This document shows positions 22,574-31,677 of a DNA stretch of 64,000 bases, piece after piece. Both the position numbers and the translations under genes were made by a program. The stretch's first letter is position 1. Every line of letters starts with the position of its first letter. The DNA lies in assembly GCA_902586925.1 (NCBI GenBank), contig CACIJE010000001.1, forward strand, positions 671,666-735,665, given 5' to 3'. The stretch comes from an uncultured SAR86 cluster bacterium (GTDB lineage: Bacteria; Pseudomonadota; Gammaproteobacteria; Magnimaribacterales; D2472). The notes below the pieces were generated by a model, which made no database searches, was not told the DNA's origin, and saw only the letters and a list, made by a program, of their open reading frames with translations.

Positions 22574-23533
22574 TTATAAAAACATCTCGCTAAGCGATTC
22601 TTCGTTACTTAAGCGCGTTATACATTCTGCAATAGTTTTTGCTATTGAAATGACGCGTATTTTACTGCATTTTTGAGCTTCTTTGGATAATGGTATCGAA
22701 TTTGTCACAACTAGCTCGTCCAATTCTGATTCATTTATTCTATTAATTGCAGGTCCAGACAATACAGGATGTGTTATGTAGGCTTTAACTGCTTTTGCTC
22801 CTTTTTCTTTAAGAGCATTAGCTGCGTTACATAATGTACCAGCTGTATCAATAATATCGTCTGGAACAATACATACCTTATCTTTAATTTCACCGATTAT
22901 ATTCATAACTTCTGATTGATTAGCAGCTGCTCTTCTTTTATCAATGATTGCTAAATCAGTATCATCTAAAAGTTTTGCAATAGCTCTTGATCTGACAACT
23001 CCTCCAACGTCAGGGGATACAACAATGACTTCTTTTCTCTCATTTGTATCTTTGATGTCATTAACCATAAGCTTGGTTGCATAAACGTTATCTGCAGGCA
23101 TATCAAAGAAACCTTGAATTGTCTCAGAGTGAAGATCAATTGTAAGAACCCTATCAATTCCAACAGATGCAAACATATCAGCAACAACTTTTGCACTTAT
23201 AGGCACTCTTGCAGACCTTACTCTTCTATCTTGTCTTGCATATCCGTAATAGGGCACAACAGCAGTAATCCTGGAAGCTGAGGATCTTTTTAAAGCATCA
23301 GCCAGTAACATAATTTCCATTACATTTTTATTTGTAGGAGAACATGTAGATTGAATTATAAAAGTGTCATGACCTCTAACATTTTCTTCAATTTCAACTC
23401 TTAATTCACCGTCAGAAAAATATCCTACATCAGCTTCAGAAATTCTAATTCCCAAGATCTGAGAAACCTCGTCCGCTAGTTCGGGATTAGCAGTACCAGT
23501 AAATATATCTAAGCCTTTATTTTTAGTATTCAT
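22574..23533 (-). CDS. prs: Ribose-phosphate pyrophosphokinase
   Basis: 319 aa, with [10 protein letters not shown]-type motif ([12 protein letters not shown]) and PRPP-binding loop [11 protein letters not shown]. Confidence 0.96.
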   Translation of the reverse strand: MNTKNKGLDIFTGTANPELADEVSQILGIRISEADVGYFSDGELRVEIEENVRGHDTFIIQSTCSPTNKNVMEIMLLADALKRSSASRITAVVPYYGYARQDRRVRSARVPISAKVVADMFASVGIDRVLTIDLHSETIQGFFDMPADNVYATKLMVNDIKDTNERKEVIVVSPDVGGVVRSRAIAKLLDDTDLAIIDKRRAAANQSEVMNIIGEIKDKVCIVPDDIIDTAGTLCNAANALKEKGAKAVKAYITHPVLSGPAINRINESELDELVVTNSIPLSKEAQKCSKIRVISIAKTIAECITRLSNEESLSEMFL

Positions 23534-23560
23534 ATATCCCCTTTAATATATTATAAAAAA

Positions 23561-23635
23561 TGGCTGGGGTGGTAGGATTCGAACCTACGCATGACGGGAT
23601 CAAAACCCGTTGCCTTACCGCTTGGCTACACCCCA
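23561..23635 (-). tRNA. tRNA-Gln (anticodon TTG)
   Basis: The reverse complement is TGGGGTGTAGCCAAGCGGTAAGGCAACGGGTTTTGATCCCGTCATGCGTAGGTTCGAATCCTACCACCCCAGCCA. The cloverleaf and U1:A72 end are typical of bacterial tRNA-Gln. Confidence 0.9.
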
Positions 23636-23638
23636 AAG

Positions 23639-24454
23639 CTATTTGATGTAACATATCGGCGAATATTGTAATGGTTTACAGAAAAAGAGTCTCCAATTAG
23701 AAGGTATTTTTTTCAAAATTTTATTCAATTCTTTTTTTTCATCGTATGTTACATAAATACAAGATCCAGTTCCAGTTAAATTTAAATCGTATTCTTCGTT
23801 ATTTTCATTATAAAAATTTTTAACAGTATTATTTTTTCTTAGAAAAATATCCCAGAAGTCATTTTGTGGAGAACTTCTTATCAAATTATCATTTTCTCTA
23901 CGTATATCAAGTTCATCAAACATTTTTTTTGTTGAATTGTGTATATTTGGCTTAATAAGCAGTATCTTAGCTTTAAGTGAACTAGTATCTTCCAATTTCT
24001 CTCCAATTCCTTTTGCCAATGAATTTTTACCATAGATAAAAAAAGGCACATCAGCTCCAATTTCTTTTCCAATATTAATCAACTCTGCAATGCTAAGATT
24101 TAATTTCCATAGACTATTAAGTGCAACAATTGTTGACGCAGCATTTGAACTCCCCCCTCCAAGACCTGCACCAATAGGTATTCTTTTATTAATATGTATT
24201 TTGACACCATCATTAACCTTAAAAAGGCCTTTAATTTTTTGAGCAGACTTAAAAACCGTATTTTCAGTATTGCAAAGAAAATCTTTGTTGGAGGCTATTG
24301 ATACATCTTTATCACAAACCTCAAAAGACATATCATCAGCTAAATCAATTAATTGAAATGATGTTTCAAGATTATGGTATCCATCAACCCTTTTATTTAG
24401 AACTTTTAAATAAAGATTAATTTTAGCAGGACATTCAGTTTTAATTTTATTCAT
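23639..24454 (-). CDS. ispE: 4-diphosphocytidyl-2-C-methyl-D-erythritol kinase
   Basis: 271 aa, with CPAKINLYL at the N-terminus and the GHMP kinase loop PIGAGLGGGSSNAAS. It sits in the lolB-ispE-prs order. Confidence 0.92.
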   Translation of the reverse strand: MNKIKTECPAKINLYLKVLNKRVDGYHNLETSFQLIDLADDMSFEVCDKDVSIASNKDFLCNTENTVFKSAQKIKGLFKVNDGVKIHINKRIPIGAGLGGGSSNAASTIVALNSLWKLNLSIAELINIGKEIGADVPFFIYGKNSLAKGIGEKLEDTSSLKAKILLIKPNIHNSTKKMFDELDIRRENDNLIRSSPQNDFWDIFLRKNNTVKNFYNENNEEYDLNLTGTGSCIYVTYDEKKELNKILKKIPSNWRLFFCKPLQYSPICYIK

Positions 24455-24930
24455 ATTTTTACAATAAAACCCTTCAAATCATATTCTTCGTATTTAATAA
24501 AAATATTAAATTTATCACCATCTTTCTTACAATTAATTTTAAAATTATGATTATCAATTTGTTGATCTATTTCTAGCATATTATTGTAAAAACATTCTTT
24601 AACAAAATACTCTATGTTTTTATTTAAATAATCTGATAAATTTAAAATTTTATTATACTTAAGGGGAGACATAATCGTTTTCTGCCCTTGAATTGCTTTA
24701 ATTTTTAAGACATTTCCATATAATGGCTTCTTAATCTGTATAATAGTTTCATTTTTAAGGATTTTTACGTCAACGTTGAATGTAGATAATTCGATATTAT
24801 TTTGGCTTACTAATACTTTTCCATTAAATTGTGATGAGTTAATGTCTTCCAAAATAGCACAAGATGAAATTAAACAAATAAAAAAAACATAATAAGTTTT
24901 ATTAAGTATGGAATTACAACTTTTTGGCAT
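24451..24930 (-). CDS. lolB: Outer-membrane lipoprotein LolB (short form), assignment mainly positional
   Basis: 159 aa with a lipobox-like LISSC. It lies upstream of ispE and divergent from hemA, exactly as E. coli lolB does. I saw little recognisable sequence similarity by eye. Confidence 0.55.
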   Translation of the reverse strand: MPKSCNSILNKTYYVFFICLISSCAILEDINSSQFNGKVLVSQNNIELSTFNVDVKILKNETIIQIKKPLYGNVLKIKAIQGQKTIMSPLKYNKILNLSDYLNKNIEYFVKECFYNNMLEIDQQIDNHNFKINCKKDGDKFNIFIKYEEYDLKGFIVKI

Positions 24931-26140
24931 AAATCACAAAACCTCAAATGTCTCAGAAAGAGAAAAGATTATTATAAATGAGTCTAATCAAATTTTATTA
25001 GATAGTCATTTAAAAGAAATCTTTAAGGATGATATTGAATCATTTTTTGGTATCTCAACTTGTAACAGAACTGAACTTTATTTGATTGGAAGAAAAAATA
25101 TTTGTAAAGAAGTTCTTAATGAGGTTCTCAGAATCTTAAAAATTGAAGATCTTTCTAAAGAAAACTTTTATTTTTTAAGTGGTCATGATGCCTTGGTTCA
25201 TATGTGTAAAGTTGCTTCAGGAATAGATTCACAGGTCCTTGGTGAGCAAGAGATATTTGGACAATTTAAGCTAGCATATAAAAATGCAAAAAATATAAAT
25301 ATAATTGGAACAAATTTGTCTTTTTTAGCTGAGAAGGTTATTGAAATATCAAAAAAAGCTAGAACACAAACCAATATTGGATTAAATTCTCTTTCAGTAA
25401 GTGGATTGGCTATTAAACTTGTAAAAAATATTTTTGAAAATCCTGAAAATCAAAATATTTTAGTTGTTGGCGCTGGATCATTAGCACAAGATGTTATCAA
25501 AAGCTTATATCGTAAAGGCATCAATAATATTAAATCTGTTAATAGGTCAATCAGAAAAATAGCAATTAATGATACATATGAAATCTTATCGTCTTCCTTA
25601 GAGGCTTTGCATGATCATTTAGAGTATGCAGACATTGTAATAGCTTCTTCAGCGACTGAACTTCCACTAATTGGCAAGGGTGCTATAGAAAATGCTCTTA
25701 AGGCTAGAAGAAATAAACCAATGCTTTTGATAGATCTTGGAGTTCCAAGAAATATTGAAGAAGAAATTAGAGATATCGAACAGGCCTATCTTTTTTCAAT
25801 TGACGATATAGAAAAAATCACTCAAGAAAATTATGGTCAGCGTTCTATTGAAGCTGAAAAGGCGATGAATATAATCGTAATGGATGCACAAGCAGCTTTA
25901 GATTTATATTCACAAAAATCTCTAAAAGGAGACATTAATATTCAGCTGGAAGCTTTTTTAAAAACACTATCAGAAAAAGAATTTCAACAATTTAAAACAT
26001 CAAAAGATTTTGCTGAACTTGTAAAAGCAATTAAAACGTCAAAAACTGAAAATAAAAACTTAAATAATTTTGAAAATATCAAAAATATTGATGATCATAT
26101 TATTGAATCAATGATTAAAAGATTTTTTGATAATGCATGA
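24908..26140 (+). CDS. hemA: Glutamyl-tRNA reductase
   Basis: 410 aa, with FGINHKT, catalytic Cys motif STCNRTELY and the NADPH Rossmann motif VVGAGSLA. Confidence 0.93.
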   Translation: MELQLFGINHKTSNVSEREKIIINESNQILLDSHLKEIFKDDIESFFGISTCNRTELYLIGRKNICKEVLNEVLRILKIEDLSKENFYFLSGHDALVHMCKVASGIDSQVLGEQEIFGQFKLAYKNAKNINIIGTNLSFLAEKVIEISKKARTQTNIGLNSLSVSGLAIKLVKNIFENPENQNILVVGAGSLAQDVIKSLYRKGINNIKSVNRSIRKIAINDTYEILSSSLEALHDHLEYADIVIASSATELPLIGKGAIENALKARRNKPMLLIDLGVPRNIEEEIRDIEQAYLFSIDDIEKITQENYGQRSIEAEKAMNIIVMDAQAALDLYSQKSLKGDINIQLEAFLKTLSEKEFQQFKTSKDFAELVKAIKTSKTENKNLNNFENIKNIDDHIIESMIKRFFDNA

Positions 26141-27218
26141 TTCAATGCTTAAGAAGCTCGATCAGCTTCGAACAAGAATAAATGAAATAGAAAATTCTCT
26201 AGTAGATCCAAACATTGTTAAGGATATTGATAAATATACTCAACTAAATAAAGAATTCTCGGACTTGAAACCAATAGTTCAAAAATTTAATGAATATAAT
26301 GATATTTTAAAAGGCATCAAAGATGCAAATGAGATTCTTGAATCTGGAGATGAGGAGCTAAAAATATTAGCTGAAGATGATCTCAAAAATTATGCTGATA
26401 AGCCAGAAAATTTAGAACAAGAACTTAAGCTTATGCTTCTTCCAAAAGATGCTGCTGATGATGGCTCAGCTTTTCTAGAAATTAGAGCGGGTGCTGGAGG
26501 AGACGAAGCAAGTATTTTTGCTGGTGATTTATTCAGAATGTACTCAAGATTGTCTGAAAGAGAAGGATGGAATTTAGAAGTAATAGATATTAAACCTTCA
26601 GAGCAAGGAGGTTTAAGAGAGGTAGTTACAAAGCTTAATGGTAAAAGTGTATTCAAGATTCTTAAATTTGAATCTGGAGTTCATAGAGTTCAAAGAGTTC
26701 CTGAAACAGAATCACAAGGCAGAATTCATACTTCAACATGCACAGTAGCTGTTTTGCCTGAGGTAGAAGAGGTTCAAGAAGTCAATATTGATAAAAATGA
26801 TTTGAGAGTAGATACGTTCAGAGCTTCTGGCGCTGGAGGACAGCATGTTAATAAAACTGATTCAGCTGTCAGACTTACACATATTCCAACAGGGCTAGTT
26901 GTTGAGTGCCAAGATGGAAGATCCCAACATAAAAATAAAGAGAAAGCAGTATCACTTCTTGCCGCAAAGTTAAAACAGCAAGAAATTGATAATCAACAGG
27001 AAAGCATTGCAAGTGAAAGGAAAATATTAGTAGGAACAGGAGATAGGAGTGAAAAAATAAGAACATATAATTTTCCTCAAGGAAGAGTGACGGATCATAG
27101 GATCAAGCTGACTCAACATAATCTTGATCAAATTATGGATGGAGATATAAAAGAAATATGTGATGCACTGTTGGCAGAAAATCAATTAGCAATGCTTTCT
27201 CAACTTGAATCAGAATAA
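26127..27218 (+). CDS. prfA: Peptide chain release factor 1
   Basis: 363 aa, with the GGQ motif (RASGAGGQHVNKTDSAVRLTH) and a PxT-type codon-recognition tripeptide (PET). It sits in the hemA-prfA-prmC order. Confidence 0.96.
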   Translation: MIMHDSMLKKLDQLRTRINEIENSLVDPNIVKDIDKYTQLNKEFSDLKPIVQKFNEYNDILKGIKDANEILESGDEELKILAEDDLKNYADKPENLEQELKLMLLPKDAADDGSAFLEIRAGAGGDEASIFAGDLFRMYSRLSEREGWNLEVIDIKPSEQGGLREVVTKLNGKSVFKILKFESGVHRVQRVPETESQGRIHTSTCTVAVLPEVEEVQEVNIDKNDLRVDTFRASGAGGQHVNKTDSAVRLTHIPTGLVVECQDGRSQHKNKEKAVSLLAAKLKQQEIDNQQESIASERKILVGTGDRSEKIRTYNFPQGRVTDHRIKLTQHNLDQIMDGDIKEICDALLAENQLAMLSQLESE

Positions 27219-28031
27219 TTGAAAAAACAATTAAGTCATTACATTAATATGCTAAATAGCGAAGCTATTAAAAAAGATTTTGTTTTTTTTCTCAAAGAAA
27301 AATTAGGCTTCAACGATAACAAGATTTATATAAATCCAAACATAGTTCTTAAAAATAAAGATAAAACTTTAATTGAGAAGTTCCTAAAACAAAAAGAAGA
27401 GGGTATTCCGTTAGACTACATTTTAAATTCTTCAAAATTCTATGAATATGAATTCTTTGTTGATTTACGGGTTTTAATTCCAAGACCAGAGACAGAAATC
27501 ATAGTTGATTATGTAAATAATCATTTTTCATCTCCTATTAACGTTTTAGATGCTGGCACAGGCTCTGGATGTATTGGTATTTCAATAGCTCTTCAAAATC
27601 CAAATTTAAATGTTTATGGCTCAGATCACTCAGCAGATGCATTAAATGTTGCTTTGATTAACAAGAATAAGCTTGATGTAGATAATTTTTCTCTTGTTCA
27701 TGCAGATTGGCTTTCATCTTTTAAAAAAGAATCTTTTGATCTAATAGTATCCAATCCTCCTTACATTGCAGATCAGGATCCTCACTTAGAAAATCTAAAA
27801 TATGAACCCAATAAGGCATTAGTAGCAAAAGATAATGGATTAGGAGATATAAGATTAATTATTGAACAGTCAACTGAAGTTCTTAAGAGGGGAGGTATGC
27901 TTATTTTGGAACATGGATATCAGCAACAAGAAGAAGTTGAGCATATTTTTAAAAAAAATCATTTTTCAGATATTTCAAATTTAAAAGACTTTCAGGGGCT
28001 TCCTAGAATTACTTTAGGAACTTTAGAATAA
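27219..28031 (+). CDS. prmC: Release factor glutamine N5-methyltransferase PrmC (TTG start)
   Basis: 270 aa, with VLIPRPETE, SAM motif DAGTGSGCIG and catalytic NPPY (SNPPYI). Confidence 0.92.
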   Translation: MKKQLSHYINMLNSEAIKKDFVFFLKEKLGFNDNKIYINPNIVLKNKDKTLIEKFLKQKEEGIPLDYILNSSKFYEYEFFVDLRVLIPRPETEIIVDYVNNHFSSPINVLDAGTGSGCIGISIALQNPNLNVYGSDHSADALNVALINKNKLDVDNFSLVHADWLSSFKKESFDLIVSNPPYIADQDPHLENLKYEPNKALVAKDNGLGDIRLIIEQSTEVLKRGGMLILEHGYQQQEEVEHIFKKNHFSDISNLKDFQGLPRITLGTLE

Positions 28032-28032
28032 T

Positions 28033-29559
28033 TTATTTAATCTGTTTGATATAACCACTATTTAGATCATAAAGAATATCTTGCGTTATTGGAGATGTAT
28101 GTTTCTTATAGGTTTTCCTATCAATACATTCCCTATAAGTTGAATTTTTTGCATTCAGTTCTTTAAAAGTCTTGCCTTTACCAATCCATTCCCATCTTCT
28201 TTTATTATGATCTGCCACTCTGCCAAATATTTCTTTATCAGTCCTTGCAAACATATCATTATCATTAAATATTACAGATTTCTTTTTTGATTTTTCAATA
28301 GCTTGTCTAGCTTTGATTATTTCTCCAGAAAGATATTTATAATCAATATCTTTTTCTGGTTTTTCATCTATAGGCTCATGAACTACATACTTTCTTTTTT
28401 TATCTAAAGCCCAGTTTATAGCTGAGTTCTTTGCAGGTTGACCTTCAGCATCTTTAATAATTGATTTTCCAGAAAAAGTTTCTATTTCACCATTATTAAT
28501 GGCATTTTTTACTGAATTTGGATTTGATAGACCAGCAACTGAAGCTAAAGTATCTTCAGTAACAAATTCTTTAAAAAATAGTTGATCAAAAAATAGATAT
28601 TCTCTAGATCGAATAAGAGTATCTAAAGTGTCTATCGAGTGAGAAATAACACTCTCAAGTGTATTACCCCAACCACGTGCCAATTCTTCATCATTATCAA
28701 AATATTCCTTCATAACAGACTCAAAAATTCCATAGAAACCTATTTTTCCCTCAATAGGATCTTCAATGTCACCTCTAAAATTAATCTGTTTTAAAAACTC
28801 ATCCAACTTAAGCTCAATATAATTAGTATCCCAATTGAACGAATTATTAAACTCAATATAGGTTAATTCTTCTAATCTATCCTTATGTTTCTTGCTTGCT
28901 TTTTTTAATAGATTATTTTTAATTAAAAAGTTTATATCTTTATTTGATATCTTTTCATGAAAGTAACTTTCAGTACCTAGCCCTGATATAACTCTAAGAC
29001 CATAAATATTAAAAATCATTTTAGTTATGATTGATTTACCATGATCAATAATTGGATTTAGTGATTCATCATCATCATTTAAAAGAGCTAACGCACCAAA
29101 ACCTTTCCATTGTGTGAGAGTAGGAGTAAATTCAATCTGAGTTTTAGAAAATGTTCTAAGCAGTCCATTTTGAGAGATGAAGTTCTTAAATTTACTTAAG
29201 GTTAATTCTAGAGATTTATTTTTTTTTGATTCTTTTTCCAACGAAACAATAATGTTTTTTATATCATCAACACCCATATCATCTATAAATAAATTATTAC
29301 TAACTTGATATGTTTGTGCATATGATTTCCAAAAAATTTCGCTAAATACGTTTTCTTCATTGAGGAGCAAAAATGCTAAATTAAGAGAATTATGATAGCT
29401 ATTAAATTTTTTATGCTTCGATTTTGAATTAATTTTAGGTTCGACTTCATCATCATAAATCTTATTAATTAATTCCCATGGATTTACTGCATTTGATTTA
29501 GCTATGTTACTAGCTATTTCATTAATCCTTGATGCAATATTTTTATTTTCATAATACAT
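28033..29559 (-). CDS. Hypothetical 508-aa protein (islet gene 1), no family recognised; possible internal HTH
   Basis: It is a long uninterrupted ORF in an AT-rich, stop-rich background. An HTH-like stretch is present (TLASVAGLSNPNSVKNAINNGEI). There is no Walker A in a plausible position, no TM segment and no signal peptide. It is divergent from the ORF122 operon. Confidence 0.6.
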   Translation of the reverse strand: MYYENKNIASRINEIASNIAKSNAVNPWELINKIYDDEVEPKINSKSKHKKFNSYHNSLNLAFLLLNEENVFSEIFWKSYAQTYQVSNNLFIDDMGVDDIKNIIVSLEKESKKNKSLELTLSKFKNFISQNGLLRTFSKTQIEFTPTLTQWKGFGALALLNDDDESLNPIIDHGKSIITKMIFNIYGLRVISGLGTESYFHEKISNKDINFLIKNNLLKKASKKHKDRLEELTYIEFNNSFNWDTNYIELKLDEFLKQINFRGDIEDPIEGKIGFYGIFESVMKEYFDNDEELARGWGNTLESVISHSIDTLDTLIRSREYLFFDQLFFKEFVTEDTLASVAGLSNPNSVKNAINNGEIETFSGKSIIKDAEGQPAKNSAINWALDKKRKYVVHEPIDEKPEKDIDYKYLSGEIIKARQAIEKSKKKSVIFNDNDMFARTDKEIFGRVADHNKRRWEWIGKGKTFKELNAKNSTYRECIDRKTYKKHTSPITQDILYDLNSGYIKQIK

Positions 29560-29613
29560 TTATAAATTATATCATATATTTATAATATCTTTACTTGTAA
29601 TTATTTTATATAT

Positions 29614-29982
29614 GTGTACAATGTACATATGAAATATATTTTACAACTAAATGATAGAATAAATCTTGATAAAATTAGAAAATCTATAAAAGATAAAAAC
29701 AAAACTAAAACTTATAAAGAAAATTACGACGAAGAACAAGAAATTGTCTATACGATACTGCATGAGTTCTCTAATTACGATGAAGTAATTTGGTCTTTGT
29801 ATAAAACTAATAATAGAAAACTAATTCATAATCAACTGCAATTTATATTAGTAGAAATTTCAAAATTAGATTCATCTTTAACTTGGACTTGTAGAAAAAT
29901 CCTTAAAAGATATAAGAATCAATACAATCAAAGAAAGCTCAGAAATAGCTTTGTAAATACTCCTTCATTGGCATTAGGATAA
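29614..29982 (+). CDS. Hypothetical basic 117-122 aa protein (islet gene 2)
   Basis: The ORF ends 2 nt before the ARPP-1-like gene, so it is probably co-transcribed. The start is ambiguous (GTG 29614 or ATG 29629). No family was recognised. Confidence 0.5.
   Translation: MYNVHMKYILQLNDRINLDKIRKSIKDKNKTKTYKENYDEEQEIVYTILHEFSNYDEVIWSLYKTNNRKLIHNQLQFILVEISKLDSSLTWTCRKILKRYKNQYNQRKLRNSFVNTPSLALG
29615..29627. promoter_or_regulatory. Tandem TGTACA palindromes (TGTACA-A-TGTACA) in the divergent control region of the islet
   Basis: This is read directly from the sequence. It is embedded in the imperfect larger palindrome ATATGTGTACAATGTACATAT and overlaps the candidate start codons (GTG 29614, ATG 29629) of the 122-aa ORF. 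Confidence 0.35.
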
Positions 29983-29984
29983 TC

Positions 29985-30941
29985 ATGACATTAAATAACA
30001 TACAACCTCGTCCGAACTACACCTCATCATTCATTCAAGAGCCATTTTTCTCAAAAATGCAAAGATTTGATAAATATGGAGGTATTTTTATTCCTGTTTT
30101 ATCAAATGAAGATAAAAAAGCTGATTTCATAACAATAGATAAAAATAATACAAAAGATTTTTCTTTACATGAAACTGAGAGAGTTAATTCTCTTTTAGTT
30201 AAAAATTTATCTAATAAACCATTATTAGTATTAAACGGAGAGATTTTTGATGGTGCCAAACAAGATCGTGTGGCAAATGAGACAGTTCTTGTTCCAGCTA
30301 ATTCTTCTCTAGAGATTAAAGTTAGTTGTGTTGAGCAGGGGAGATGGGCATACAAAACAAGAGCATTTAGTAGAGGTAAAAATATGTTTAATTATCACTC
30401 TAAAGGAGTGAAAGATTTGCATAATAATTCTGCAAAACATAACCAACCGTCTGGTTCTGTGCAAGATAATGTTTGGAGATCAATCCGTGATAAACAAACA
30501 AGAATGGGGGTATCTTCAAATACTGGTTCTGTTAACGATACATATATGAGATTTGATGAAACACTTTCTCATTTAAGAGAAGAAATTATAGAGGAATGCA
30601 ATCAAATGGGATTATTAGTCATGATTCCTGGAAAATACATTGGATTAGATTTATTTGTAAATAATGAGACTTTTAGGAAATACAAAGACAGGCTTTATAA
30701 AAGCCATTTAATAGAATTGTTAGATAACAATCAAAGGAATCTTAGATATCCTGAAAACAAAATAAATTCTTTTATGCTTCAGCTCATGTACGGAAAAGAA
30801 GTTATAAATCCTAAGGAATTAGGAGTTGAGTATAGTATTTATGAAAGAGACTGCCAGATTACTTCTAATGCATTAGTTTTCAATAATGATTTGATTCATC
30901 TCACAGCAATTCAGAATATGGAAAGAAGATATGCAAGATAA
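29985..30941 (+). CDS. ARPP-1-like (formerly DUF-type) protein, islet gene 3
   Basis: 318 aa. The stretch LLVKNLSNKPLLVLNGEIFDGAKQDRVANETVLVPANSSLEIKVSCVEQGRWAY (aa 70-123; VSCVEQGRW at nt 30321-30347) matches my recollection of the ARPP-1 family signature (..N.s..PvLl.dGEel.GAKQNRvlN...l.......iPVsCVEqGRW). It is followed by the conserved Q..VW element (VQDNVWRSI). Not verified by HMM. Confidence 0.6.
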   Translation: MTLNNIQPRPNYTSSFIQEPFFSKMQRFDKYGGIFIPVLSNEDKKADFITIDKNNTKDFSLHETERVNSLLVKNLSNKPLLVLNGEIFDGAKQDRVANETVLVPANSSLEIKVSCVEQGRWAYKTRAFSRGKNMFNYHSKGVKDLHNNSAKHNQPSGSVQDNVWRSIRDKQTRMGVSSNTGSVNDTYMRFDETLSHLREEIIEECNQMGLLVMIPGKYIGLDLFVNNETFRKYKDRLYKSHLIELLDNNQRNLRYPENKINSFMLQLMYGKEVINPKELGVEYSIYERDCQITSNALVFNNDLIHLTAIQNMERRYAR

Positions 30942-31677
30942 AATTTTAAAACTTAGAGACTTGCTAGTATCCACTGGTCTTCAGGAGGAATCTGGCTCTA
31001 TTATTTATTCTGGTGACTCGACACTTAAGAAGGGATTGTTTTATTTTTTAGGAACAAATCCTGGCGGGAACAATCTTAATTATCCAGATACAATTTTAAA
31101 TCAAGTAATGCTATCAAAAGAGAAAAATGAATATTTTGAAGGTAATTGGGGTAATAGCACACACCAAGAAACAATAAAAAGAATGTTTAAAACCTTTGAT
31201 ATTAGTCTTAAGGATACGTTCTCAACTAATACATCCTTTATTAGATCACCTGGAGAACAAAATTATCAACCAAGATACCCCATAAATGAATTAAGTATTA
31301 AAAAAGAAAGCAAAGCAATAAAGCAATTAAAAAAAGATGGCAGGGAGACTTTTTGGCCAATACAAGAATATTTTCTTTCAGTTGTTAAACCAAAATTAGT
31401 GATAGCTAATGGCAGCATCGCAAGAGATCTTTTTTGGAAAAAAATTAAGGGTAAGGAGTTTAAGGACTTCGAAATAGAAATAGAAAATAAGTTTGAATAT
31501 CCAAAGCTACTTAGAGGAAGAAAATTTTGTCATTTATTTAAAGGTGATTTAATAACTGAAAACATATTCTTAGAAAATTTAATGGTTATTTCTCTACCCC
31601 ATTTAAGTTTCCAAGATTATGCTTTTCACGAACCAGGAATAAATTGGGTAAAAAAAATAATACAAAATAATTTTTAG
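30931..31677 (+). CDS. Uracil-DNA glycosylase superfamily-like protein (predicted DNA/nucleotide glycosylase fold), islet gene 4
   Basis: 248 aa. It has a motif-A-like FYFLGTNPGG (aa 37-46, compare GxNPG of MUG/SMUG families), a central strand KLVIANGS (aa 155-162) and a motif-B-like VISLPHLS (aa 219-226, compare HPS/NPS). The order and spacing fit the UDG fold. It overlaps the upstream gene by 11 nt. Confidence 0.5.
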   Translation: MQDKILKLRDLLVSTGLQEESGSIIYSGDSTLKKGLFYFLGTNPGGNNLNYPDTILNQVMLSKEKNEYFEGNWGNSTHQETIKRMFKTFDISLKDTFSTNTSFIRSPGEQNYQPRYPINELSIKKESKAIKQLKKDGRETFWPIQEYFLSVVKPKLVIANGSIARDLFWKKIKGKEFKDFEIEIENKFEYPKLLRGRKFCHLFKGDLITENIFLENLMVISLPHLSFQDYAFHEPGINWVKKIIQNNF

